Origin: Aquifex aeolicus VF5
GTDB taxonomy: Bacteria > Aquificota > Aquificia > Aquificales > Aquificaceae
Assembly: GCF_000008625.1 (NCBI RefSeq)
Contig: NC_000918.1
Location: 1,260,001-1,292,000 of the forward strand
Reading direction: 5' to 3'
Length of the DNA: 32,000 nucleotides
Positions 9,119 through 17,000 of the stretch are shown piece by piece. The notes beneath the pieces are model-generated. The model saw only the letters and a program-made list of their open reading frames with translations. It searched no databases and was not told the origin of the DNA. The translations under genes were made by a program, and so were the position numbers. How positions within the stretch are numbered: the stretch's first letter is position 1; each line of letters opens with the position of its first letter.

Positions 9119-9493
9119 CTCTTCCAGTTCTTCTACTGGTCTTCTTCCCGCAAAGCCTTCGTTCAATTCGTGCCAGTACATAATCGTTTCTTCATCTTCC
9201 TTCCAGCATAGCCATATGTACCTTCCGTTGTGTTCGGAGAGGAAATCAACCAGTAAGGGGTCAAGACCTTTTATAACTCCCCCGAGTTCCTCTATACGAG
9301 CGAGATGTCTCTTTATTTGGGCTTCCAGTTCTTTTATTCTCGTCTTTACGTACATTTGTTCCAGTTCGTCTTCCTGAGCGTTTAACTCTTCGTACAGGTT
9401 TCTCAACTCTTCTTTTTTATGTCTTATGTCCTCCGCAATTGGCTTTATCTTGACAAGCAGGTCTCTTGCCTCTTTTAACGTAAATACCCTCAT
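9101..9493 (-). CDS. DUF2203-family protein
   Basis: 130 aa. N-terminal coiled coil, then GGVIKGLDPLLVDF...IWLCWKEDEETIMYWHELNEGFAGRRP, which matches my memory of the DUF2203 pattern. Its 3' end overlaps slt by 18 nt (convergent). Confidence 0.7.
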   Translation of the reverse strand: MRVFTLKEARDLLVKIKPIAEDIRHKKEELRNLYEELNAQEDELEQMYVKTRIKELEAQIKRHLARIEELGGVIKGLDPLLVDFLSEHNGRYIWLCWKEDEETIMYWHELNEGFAGRRPVEELEESETLF

Positions 9494-9540
9494 GCCACAA
9501 ATATACTAACTTTTCACAGACAGATTTATGAGGAAAACCA

Positions 9541-10521
9541 TCACTCTCCCATCAGGATTTCGTTTTCTATTTCAAAGTAAACGTAGTAGGCGTTTACAGG
9601 GTTCACGTTAAAGAATACAGGCACCTGAGCGTAAGAGGGATCTATCTTTATCAACTCCTCGTTTATCCTCTCCCTTACGCACTCAACGTCACAACCCTCT
9701 TCGTAGAGTTTCCTTATAGTTTCCCTCAGATCCTTTATGTACTTCCTCGTCCAGCTTACCGCTTCTTTTATCTTTTTCTCACCAATTAAAGCTTCCCCGT
9801 GTCCCGGAAGGAGTATTCTTGGTTTCATCTTAAGAATTTCGTCAAGACAAACAAGCCAAGTTCTTGAGTTCCCAGAGCCTAAAAAGGGCAGTCTTCCGTC
9901 AAATACTATGTCCCCGCTGAAGAGTACCTTTTCGTCGGGTATCCATACGACTATATCTCCGTTCGTGTGAGCCCTGCAAAGGTGCAAGACTTCAAACCTT
10001 TTGTACTCCTTTCCCACCTGAAGGTAGACGTTTAAGTTTTTGGTAAGTGTTATAGTTGGAGGAGTTAATTCCGTTCCTTCCAGATGTTCCTTTAAAATTT
10101 TCTTTCTTGCTAAAAAGAAGTTGTAACTCGAAGGTTGGGATATGTAATCGAATGCCCACTCGTGGGCTATAACTTCAGCTCCAACTTCTCTGAAAGCTTT
10201 TGCACCGTAGAAGTGGTCGGTGTGATAGTGTGTGACGACTAAAAACCTTATGGGTTTATTCGTAACGCTCCTGATGCTTTCTATTAATTCCTTCCCTAGT
10301 TTGTAAGTGCTCAAAGCATCCACAACGAGAACGCCGTCATCGGCTACGTAGAAGTAGGCGTTGGATATAAAACCCCTGTTTTCGTAAGATACCTGTTCGT
10401 AGACTCCGAAAACTCCGTAAATCCTGTCGGTTATCTTCCTTAACGTTTCCTTTACGTGTTTAGGATACTCACTCGAGAAGGAGAATAAAACCAGGAGAAA
10501 AAAGAAGAGAAAGCCCCCCAT
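9541..10521 (-). CDS. Secreted metallo-beta-lactamase-fold hydrolase (SoxH-like)
   Basis: 326 aa. Signal peptide, HxHxDH motif (THYHTDH), and later H/D ligands (HTNGD, PGHG). It is the last gene of the sox operon. Confidence 0.8.
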   Translation of the reverse strand: MGGFLFFFLLVLFSFSSEYPKHVKETLRKITDRIYGVFGVYEQVSYENRGFISNAYFYVADDGVLVVDALSTYKLGKELIESIRSVTNKPIRFLVVTHYHTDHFYGAKAFREVGAEVIAHEWAFDYISQPSSYNFFLARKKILKEHLEGTELTPPTITLTKNLNVYLQVGKEYKRFEVLHLCRAHTNGDIVVWIPDEKVLFSGDIVFDGRLPFLGSGNSRTWLVCLDEILKMKPRILLPGHGEALIGEKKIKEAVSWTRKYIKDLRETIRKLYEEGCDVECVRERINEELIKIDPSYAQVPVFFNVNPVNAYYVYFEIENEILMGE

Positions 10522-10542
10522 AATACTCTCCTGAGTTTCTAT

Positions 10543-11424
10543 TCAGGGTTCTTTTGGCAGGTTTGTTTGTGAGTACTCGTTCCAAGAACCGTCGTACAAC
10601 CTCACCTTATCCGTAAGCCCGAGGTAATACTTTATCACATAGTAAGTTGCCGCGGACATAAGCCCCTGTCCGCAGTAAAGGATTACTTCCTTTCCTTTTC
10701 CTATACCGAGACTCTCGTAAAAGAGGCTTATATCTTCCTTCGGTTTTAGTAAGTAGTACTTTTTTCCGTACTTGTTAACGTGCTCTTCAAAATCTTGTTT
10801 CCAGAACCTGTTTACGGCTCCCTTTATGTGTCCCAGCCTCTTCCAGAATCCGGCCTTTCCTTCGTAAAGTTCCGGTGTCCTGGCATCGAGAAAGACTACG
10901 TCTTCTCTGTTTAAAGCTTTTTTAACGTAATCGAGGTCGGCTCTTATACTTTTGTTTATCGTATACTTTCCGTAACGTTTTTCTTTAACTTTCGGATAAT
11001 CCTTTGTCGTAGGTAGATCCTTATCCTTCCAGTGGTTAAATCCTCCGTGAAGGACGTATACTTTTTTGTGGTTTATGTAATCAAGTCCCCAAGCTACGTA
11101 AAAGGGGATGAAAGTCCCCTCAGCGTCGTATAGAACGACGGGAGTGTTCTTATCTATTCCGAGTTTTTCGAGTTTTTTGACGAATATTTCCGTGTGTAAG
11201 AAGAAAGCAGGAGTTCCACCTTTCGGAAATCTGAAGGCTTCAAAGTGCACCCACTGGGCTCCGGGTATGTGCTCCTTCCAGTATTCCTTTATGCTTTTCC
11301 TGAGGTCTATTATGACAAGGTTTTTCTCCTCTTTTATAAGTTTGTGGAGTTCTTCAGGCGAGATTAAGTAAATCTTTGCAAAGGAAAGTGTAAAAAAGAG
11401 TAAAAACAAAATTACTCCTCTCAT
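10543..11424 (-). CDS. Secreted tandem-rhodanese sulfurtransferase
   Basis: 293 aa. Signal peptide and two rhodanese-like halves. The second half carries a candidate active-site loop, YCGQGLMS. Confidence 0.85.
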   Translation of the reverse strand: MRGVILFLLFFTLSFAKIYLISPEELHKLIKEEKNLVIIDLRKSIKEYWKEHIPGAQWVHFEAFRFPKGGTPAFFLHTEIFVKKLEKLGIDKNTPVVLYDAEGTFIPFYVAWGLDYINHKKVYVLHGGFNHWKDKDLPTTKDYPKVKEKRYGKYTINKSIRADLDYVKKALNREDVVFLDARTPELYEGKAGFWKRLGHIKGAVNRFWKQDFEEHVNKYGKKYYLLKPKEDISLFYESLGIGKGKEVILYCGQGLMSAATYYVIKYYLGLTDKVRLYDGSWNEYSQTNLPKEP

Positions 11425-11425
11425 C

Positions 11426-11860
11426 TCAGAACCCTCCTTTTACCTCTTTAATAGCTTCTTTTATGTCTTTGTCAGCCTGCAAGAAAACTTCCTGTGCCTG
11501 AGGAGTCAGGTACTTTCTGAAACCCTTCACGAGGTTAGGTATATTTATGTAACCCACCTCAACGCTTCCATCTTCCTTTTCAAGTATATAAATCCTGCAG
11601 GGTGCTAGTGCCCCAAATTCGGGAAAAGTTCTGAGAATTTTTTCACCGTAGGATAAGTTACAGACGTAGAATACTGTCATTCTTGGTTTTTGAGAGACAT
11701 CTTGAACAGCCAGAACGTTCATATTCTTACCGTCAAGGGCGGTTTTCAGGAGTATTTTCACGTCTTCGTAGGGTATGCCCTCAATCTTTTCCTTATAGAG
11801 CATTTTCTCCTGGGCTAAAACCAAGAGAGGTAATAAAAGAACTATTAAGAACTTCCTCAT
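11426..11860 (-). CDS. DUF302 protein with a cleavable signal peptide
   Basis: 144 aa. LLLPLLVLAQE signal. DUF302-like core (...VFYVCNLSYGEKIL...GALAPCRIYILEKEDGSVEVGY). ATGA overlap with the upstream gene. Confidence 0.75.
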   Translation of the reverse strand: MRKFLIVLLLPLLVLAQEKMLYKEKIEGIPYEDVKILLKTALDGKNMNVLAVQDVSQKPRMTVFYVCNLSYGEKILRTFPEFGALAPCRIYILEKEDGSVEVGYINIPNLVKGFRKYLTPQAQEVFLQADKDIKEAIKEVKGGF

Positions 11861-12345
11861 TTCCTTACCTCGTCAAGGGTTTTTCTCAAGTTTCTGTAAG
11901 TGTTTATTATGAGGTTTGCTTCCTCGTCCTTAAGTTGTTTTGCATACTCTGCAAGGAAAACCATTTCCTTCATGGTTGTTATTCTTAGAACTTCTTTTGT
12001 TTCGTAAACCGCAACGCTACAGGGGATTAAGTTCGTGAGTGCAGGGTATTTGGGAAGTATATTCTCCTTTCCGGGAACGTCGCAGGCGAGTATTATGGAG
12101 TACTTTGGAAAATCTTTTACTCCTCTTCCTTCAAGAGCCTTTGAAAGGGGAAGGACTCTTACGACTTTCAGTCCGTTTTGGTTGAGCTTTTCCTCCAAAG
12201 TCTTTACAACGTCGTCAAAGCTTTTGTTCTGTACTTCCACGGTGTAGAAGAGTATCCTGAAGGGATTACCGAAGTAATACCTTATGAAGTAAAAGATTGA
12301 AAGGGCGATGACCGCCCCGATCAGGAAAGCGATTAAAGCTCTCAC
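11857..12345 (-). CDS. DUF302 protein with an N-terminal membrane anchor
   Basis: 162 aa. One N-terminal TM helix and a DUF302-like core (...YSIILACDVPGKENIL...NLIPCSVAVYETKEVLRI). The GTG start forms a GTGA overlap with the soxB stop. Confidence 0.7.
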   Translation of the reverse strand: MRALIAFLIGAVIALSIFYFIRYYFGNPFRILFYTVEVQNKSFDDVVKTLEEKLNQNGLKVVRVLPLSKALEGRGVKDFPKYSIILACDVPGKENILPKYPALTNLIPCSVAVYETKEVLRITTMKEMVFLAEYAKQLKDEEANLIINTYRNLRKTLDEVRK

Positions 12346-14120
12346 TTACCACCTCCGTAGCACTCGTCGTAGGTGTGGTACTCTGCATCGAGAACCTTTA
12401 CGTTCGGCTTGGTTCTCACGTTTATGCTTCCCTTCTTCTTAATGTAGTTTATCAGTATCTCGTAAACGGGTACCGGTTTGTAGCCGGGTTCTACGGCTTC
12501 GGGCGGTGGCGGTGGTCCTCCGTAAACCGCGACGAGGTACTCCTTCTTTGGTTTCAGTTCTTTTCCGCCTATCCACACTCTCTTTATCCTGTTGTACTGG
12601 GGTCCGTTTACCTCTATTTCGTACTCAACGTTCCAGATTCTGGACATGTCACCACCTTGCTGGTAGAAGGGGTTAGGATTGAACACGTTGTCCGCAACGT
12701 CTTCCCATACGGCCTTTAGCTGTTCTCCCGTTCTCTTCAAGACGTAAACGTTCGGGTAAGTTATAGCCGTAAAGGCGTAAACGTGATCTACAGTTATCTT
12801 TTGTCCGGGAAGGACTACAGTTCCCCACCTGTAACCGGGAGATGTAACTACGTCAAGGTCTCCTCCGTAGTAATCGTTTATGGCTTCCCCAACGAGCCAG
12901 TCCCATGTGCTGAAGAAAGTGTCACGTTTGTAGAGCATCACCTCGGCGGTTCCTATTTCTTTGGAAAGTCCCAGTTTTTTATCCACTTCCCTGTAATACT
13001 TCTCAACAAGTTTTTCCGCTTCCTTGTCCGCGGGTATGAGGTTGGAAGCCACGGGATAGAGTTTGTAACTGAAGTCCATTATCTTTCCATTTCTGATGTC
13101 GAGGTCAAGTCTTCCTACGAATTTACCGTGGGATCCTGCAATTACCACTATAGTATTCGTTCCAGGAACCTTGTAGGCTTTTGGCACTACGTCGTGGGTG
13201 TGTCCCGAAATTATTACGTCTATTCCCTTTACCTTCTTTGCAAGGGCAATATCGAGGAGCAATCCGTCGTGGGATAGCAGTATTACAGCGTCAACCTTGT
13301 GCTTTTCCCTGAGTTCGTTTACGTATTCCTGCAGTGTATCTTCTCTTACTCCGAAGCTCCAGCCTTCTACGAATTGTCTCGGGTTTGCTATGGGAGTGAA
13401 GGGGAAGGAGTTTCCTATTATGCCGAGCTTCGCACCACCCACTTCCTTGATAGCGTAGGGCTTGAATACGAGGTCTCCTTCAAAACCGAATTCATCAACT
13501 TCCCTAATGTTTTGGGATATAAACTCACATCCTGCCTCTTCAAGTTCCTTTATCCTCTTTAAAACAATGTCTTTTCCGAAGGTGAATTCCCAGTGTCCAA
13601 CCATTAAGTCGTAGCCCGTGAGCTTCATCCAATCTACTACGGACTTTCCGTCTGTGAACGTTCCTACCGCGGTGGTTATCCAGGTGTCTCCACCGTCGAG
13701 GACCAGCACCTTGTCCCTTCCCCTTTCAGCTATTACGTGTTTTATGAGCCACGTTATGTGGGCTGCACCGCCCATTTTGCCGAACTTCTGGGCGAGAACC
13801 GGGAAGTCTACACAGCTCATAAAGTAAGCTTCAAGGGTTCCGGGGGCTATTTTGTACATTTTCAGGAAGTCTCTTCCCGTTATCGTTCCGGGAAGTCCCT
13901 TTAGATTTTTGGGAGCTACGAGGTTTATGGGTTCGGAAAAGTAGTGGGGTTTTAGGTGTGCGTGCATGTCTGTTGTGAAAAGCAAGGTAACGTTTCCCAC
14001 GGGTTTGAAGGAAAGTATGTCGTCGAGAGTCATCTTTGCGAGGGCGGATACGGGATTTGTGGCGAGGTATGCCCCCGTGACTATTGCGAGCTCCAGAAAG
14101 TCCCTGCGGGTCAGATGCAT
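12342..14120 (-). CDS. soxB: Thiosulfohydrolase SoxB (dinuclear-metal 5'-nucleotidase family)
   Basis: 592 aa. Twin-arginine signal MHLTRRDFLE, metallophosphoesterase motifs (TTDMHAH, GGDTW, GHWEF, SGHTHD), and a C-terminal nucleotidase-like domain. Strong AGGAGG RBS. Confidence 0.93.
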   Translation of the reverse strand: MHLTRRDFLELAIVTGAYLATNPVSALAKMTLDDILSFKPVGNVTLLFTTDMHAHLKPHYFSEPINLVAPKNLKGLPGTITGRDFLKMYKIAPGTLEAYFMSCVDFPVLAQKFGKMGGAAHITWLIKHVIAERGRDKVLVLDGGDTWITTAVGTFTDGKSVVDWMKLTGYDLMVGHWEFTFGKDIVLKRIKELEEAGCEFISQNIREVDEFGFEGDLVFKPYAIKEVGGAKLGIIGNSFPFTPIANPRQFVEGWSFGVREDTLQEYVNELREKHKVDAVILLSHDGLLLDIALAKKVKGIDVIISGHTHDVVPKAYKVPGTNTIVVIAGSHGKFVGRLDLDIRNGKIMDFSYKLYPVASNLIPADKEAEKLVEKYYREVDKKLGLSKEIGTAEVMLYKRDTFFSTWDWLVGEAINDYYGGDLDVVTSPGYRWGTVVLPGQKITVDHVYAFTAITYPNVYVLKRTGEQLKAVWEDVADNVFNPNPFYQQGGDMSRIWNVEYEIEVNGPQYNRIKRVWIGGKELKPKKEYLVAVYGGPPPPPEAVEPGYKPVPVYEILINYIKKKGSINVRTKPNVKVLDAEYHTYDECYGGGK

Positions 14121-14165
14121 ATTTAATCCTCCTTAGAGAAAAGTATAAAGAAAAAGGAAGGGAAA

Positions 14166-14786
14166 TTACTTGTTAATTGGACTTTCGGGATCGTGGAGGT
14201 AGGCGACGATGTCCGCAATTTCTTCAGGTGTGAGAAGACCGTGGTAACCGAACCTAAACATAGTTGAACATGGAACCTGAGACCATGGGTTGTAAATCCT
14301 TTCGTAAGTCATCTTGGGATCTATGCCTTTGTTTCCGTAACCTCTAAGAGAGGGTCCTATATTACCGCACGCTATTATTCTCGGGTCTCCGCAGTGACAT
14401 GCGTAACAATTACCCTTTTTGCTTCCACCCTTCTTTCCGTAAAGTGCCTTATACTCCTTCTTTAAAAGTGCAAGGCTTTCGCCTTTTCTCCAGTCTCCCA
14501 CTACGTTGCCGTCCTCGGGGTACTTTATGGTGGCCTTCATTTCTTTTATAAATTGGGCTACATCTACGCCTTCAGGTGCTATTTGTACGGGATTAGAACA
14601 GGCCTTTTGCCACTTGTCCTGTGCAGCGAGTGCCTTTCTGAACTTCTCCGCCTTGCTTTCTTTCTTTTTAGTCTTCGTCTCAGCCTTCGCTACCTTAACT
14701 TCCTGCTGTTTTGCAGCCTGAGAAGCAGGCTGACAAGCTATAACTCCCGCACTCAAAAACAACGCAAAGAGAATTTTACCTTTCAT
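14166..14786 (-). CDS. soxX: Monohaem cytochrome c SoxX, with a lipobox-like signal and a K/A/E-rich linker
   Basis: 206 aa. A single CxxCH in the context KKGNCYACHCGD, typical of SoxX. Located between soxA and soxB. The signal ends VIAC. Confidence 0.8.
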   Translation of the reverse strand: MKGKILFALFLSAGVIACQPASQAAKQQEVKVAKAETKTKKKESKAEKFRKALAAQDKWQKACSNPVQIAPEGVDVAQFIKEMKATIKYPEDGNVVGDWRKGESLALLKKEYKALYGKKGGSKKGNCYACHCGDPRIIACGNIGPSLRGYGNKGIDPKMTYERIYNPWSQVPCSTMFRFGYHGLLTPEEIADIVAYLHDPESPINK

Positions 14787-14798
14787 AACAGCCCCTCC

Positions 14799-15602
14799 TT
14801 ACCTAATTAGACCGGGAACTTCTATCTTTGCCCCATTAGCAGCCTTCTTCATGTAAAGTTCAAGGGCAACAACTTCCTCTATGTAGAACGGGGGTTTCTT
14901 TACCCAGTTCTTCTTAAAATCAAACTTTCCTTTTTCAGGGTCAAATAGGAAGAAGCTCTTGTAACATCCCCTTATCCTGTCTTCCATAGTCCAGAGTTTG
15001 TCTTTGGATATTCTGTAAGCGGGCCAATGAGCGTAGAGCTTGTCCCTTACAGGAGCTCCCAGTTTCTGCAACCTTATCCTCTTTCCGTCAAGAACCTCGT
15101 GACATATAGCACAGGAGAAGTCCCTCGCTCCCACTCTCTTGTACCAGAGTTCTTTACCGAGTTCGTAGAGCCTTTTTTCCTCAGGGTGCTTTAACTCAAC
15201 GTTTATGGGCATTCCGTTACTGAGAGTTGCCACGTATCCTGCGAGGGGAACTATGTACTTCCTTCCCTTTTTACCTTTAGCGTCTACACCTACGTATTTT
15301 TCTAAGCAAGCCTTTATCCTGACGTCTATGTCGGCAACCCTCTTTATATCCGTGTAGTACCTTGGCATTTTGGCGTAAGCTCCAACGAGGTTAGCTCCGT
15401 CCTGTCCGTGGCAGGAAGCACAGGTCTTTCCAGTTTTTCCCTTCAGGTTGTGGTAGTAATCCCTACCTTCCTCCACTATTACGTCCGCCGGTGAAACTCC
15501 CATTTCTTTGAGTATTTTCAACTGCTCGGGTGTTGGAGCTTCAGCCTTTACAGAAAAGAAAAGAGCCCCACTGAGGAGTGAGGCAAAAACTATTTTTCTC
15601 AT
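14799..15602 (-). CDS. soxA: Dihaem cytochrome c SoxA
   Basis: 267 aa. Signal peptide, two CxxCH motifs (CASCHG, CAICHE), and a conserved downstream Cys (IRGCY) that is a candidate haem ligand. Confidence 0.88.
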   Translation of the reverse strand: MRKIVFASLLSGALFFSVKAEAPTPEQLKILKEMGVSPADVIVEEGRDYYHNLKGKTGKTCASCHGQDGANLVGAYAKMPRYYTDIKRVADIDVRIKACLEKYVGVDAKGKKGRKYIVPLAGYVATLSNGMPINVELKHPEEKRLYELGKELWYKRVGARDFSCAICHEVLDGKRIRLQKLGAPVRDKLYAHWPAYRISKDKLWTMEDRIRGCYKSFFLFDPEKGKFDFKKNWVKKPPFYIEEVVALELYMKKAANGAKIEVPGLIR

Positions 15603-15615
15603 GACAGCCCCTCCT

Positions 15616-15948
15616 TTAAGCTACGTTGATCTTAACTTCCTTCTCCCACTTTCCACCTTTGTTATCTTCGTAAACTATCTTCAAAGTTCCGGCCTCTTCA
15701 GCCTTCATCTTAATGGCAAAATACGGGTTCTTACTTATCCCAGGAGAAGTGTTGATCTTCGTTACGAGCTTTCCGTTGAAGTAGAGATCAACGTGAGTTA
15801 TGTAGTGAGCAGGAATCTTCTTTCCGGTTTTGGGGTCCTTTCTGAGACCCGTTTCCATGGGGTGGATGATCACCATTTGAACCTTGAAGATTTGACCCTT
15901 CTTAACGTTTTTGGGTACTCTAACGATAGCTCTTCCTATTGAAGCCAT
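15616..15948 (-). CDS. soxZ: Sulfur-compound chelating protein SoxZ
   Basis: 110 aa. Ig-like SoxZ pattern (IIHPMETG, THVDLYFNGK), immediately downstream of soxY. Confidence 0.88.
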   Translation of the reverse strand: MASIGRAIVRVPKNVKKGQIFKVQMVIIHPMETGLRKDPKTGKKIPAHYITHVDLYFNGKLVTKINTSPGISKNPYFAIKMKAEEAGTLKIVYEDNKGGKWEKEVKINVA

Positions 15949-15969
15949 ATCCCACCTCCAGAGTTTTTA

Positions 15970-16422
15970 TTAACCACATCCACCAACAGTTACCTTAACT
16001 TCCTTGTAAGCCATAAGGTAAGAACCATCTTTGAGCTTTAGTATTGCCCTTACGGGAGAAGTAGCTCCCATCTTAATTCTTGTTGCAAAGAAGACTTCAC
16101 CGTTCATAGGTGTGAACTCAACGTGAGCTATGTAGGGGTTGGGGTTCTTGTCAACGAATATGTAAAGAGCCTCTACCTTTTCTATGGGAACGGTTGCGCT
16201 TATCTGTATAGGAACGTTCGCACCGGATTCCGCTATGGAAGGTGCCTTTACCTTTATCTCGTTGGATTCCTTAATCTGGGAAAGACCTACTCCGAGATGC
16301 TTCTTGAGTGCCTCTTCGAGGCTTATCTTAGCAAAAGAGGGGTTCAGAACGGGTGATATACCGAGAGTGAGTCCCAGGGCCGCTACACCCGCCACCTTTA
16401 AAAAGTCTCTCCTCGTGCTCAT
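15970..16422 (-). CDS. soxY: Sulfur carrier protein SoxY
   Basis: Tat signal STRRDFLK and the diagnostic C-terminal GGCG swinging-arm motif. I prefer the ATG at 16422, which has a GGAGG RBS 8 nt upstream, over the track's GTG at 16431. Confidence 0.9.
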   Translation of the reverse strand: MSTRRDFLKVAGVAALGLTLGISPVLNPSFAKISLEEALKKHLGVGLSQIKESNEIKVKAPSIAESGANVPIQISATVPIEKVEALYIFVDKNPNPYIAHVEFTPMNGEVFFATRIKMGATSPVRAILKLKDGSYLMAYKEVKVTVGGCG

Positions 16423-16424
16423 AT

Positions 16425-16832
16425 CTAACACCTCCTTACACTTGATTTATTACACACTCTGGTAAGCATAGAAAGAAAAGTCTGAGCGTCTAAACTCCCG
16501 AAAAACTTAGCCAGGACTTTACCCCTTAAAGGGTCGTATATAACGAAAGTAGGAGTCCCGAATACGTCGAATTTTTCTGATAAATTGCTGTTAATATTAA
16601 CACTAATTACAATAAAATTCTTATTTAAAAATTTTTCCACGTCTTCATCTCCAAAAACGAATTCCTCAACTTGGTGACAATATGGGCAGTGATCACTGTA
16701 AAAGTATATTAACACTAATTTCTTTTCCTTTTTTGCGGTATTTACTCCCTTATCGAAATCTGCAAACCATTCTTGAGAGAAAGTAACTGATAGGAACATC
16801 AGGAAAATCAAGAAGAACCTGAGTGCGAGCAT
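16425..16832 (-). CDS. Periplasmic thioredoxin-like protein (SoxW/SoxS-like), first gene of the sox operon
   Basis: About 135 aa. Signal peptide and a CPYC redox motif in a thioredoxin fold context (LIYFYSDHCPYCHQ). The probable start is ATG 16832; the track's 16835 start is a TTG. Confidence 0.8.
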   Translation of the reverse strand: MLALRFFLIFLMFLSVTFSQEWFADFDKGVNTAKKEKKLVLIYFYSDHCPYCHQVEEFVFGDEDVEKFLNKNFIVISVNINSNLSEKFDVFGTPTFVIYDPLRGKVLAKFFGSLDAQTFLSMLTRVCNKSSVRRC

Positions 16833-17000
16833 CAAGTATAAAAGATACAGGACAAAGGGTTAAAGGACTATTAAGAAATACTTATGAATGCATAAAATGT
16901 CTTAATTTTCAAAAATGATAAAATGGTAAATTAAACATATAAAAATTAGTTTAAGTCTTAAGTCCTTGTCCCCCTTTTAAAAATAAAGGATAATTCTCTT
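16833..17000. promoter_or_regulatory. AT-rich divergent control region between the sox operon and hom
   Basis: The largest non-coding gap in the window (about 165 nt). Contains several TATAAA/TAAAAT-like boxes, a tandem TTAAGTC TTAAGTC (16951-16964), and an imperfect inverted pair GGACAAAGG (16850-16858) / TCCTTGTCC (16963-16971). Confidence 0.35.

Noticed and set aside
12375-13827. Series of plus-strand ORFs (114, 164, 86, 87 and 69 aa) inside soxB
   Set aside because: All are antisense to the strongly supported soxB frame. Their compositions are S/V/F/Y-rich, typical of antisense shadows in a K/E-rich coding genome.
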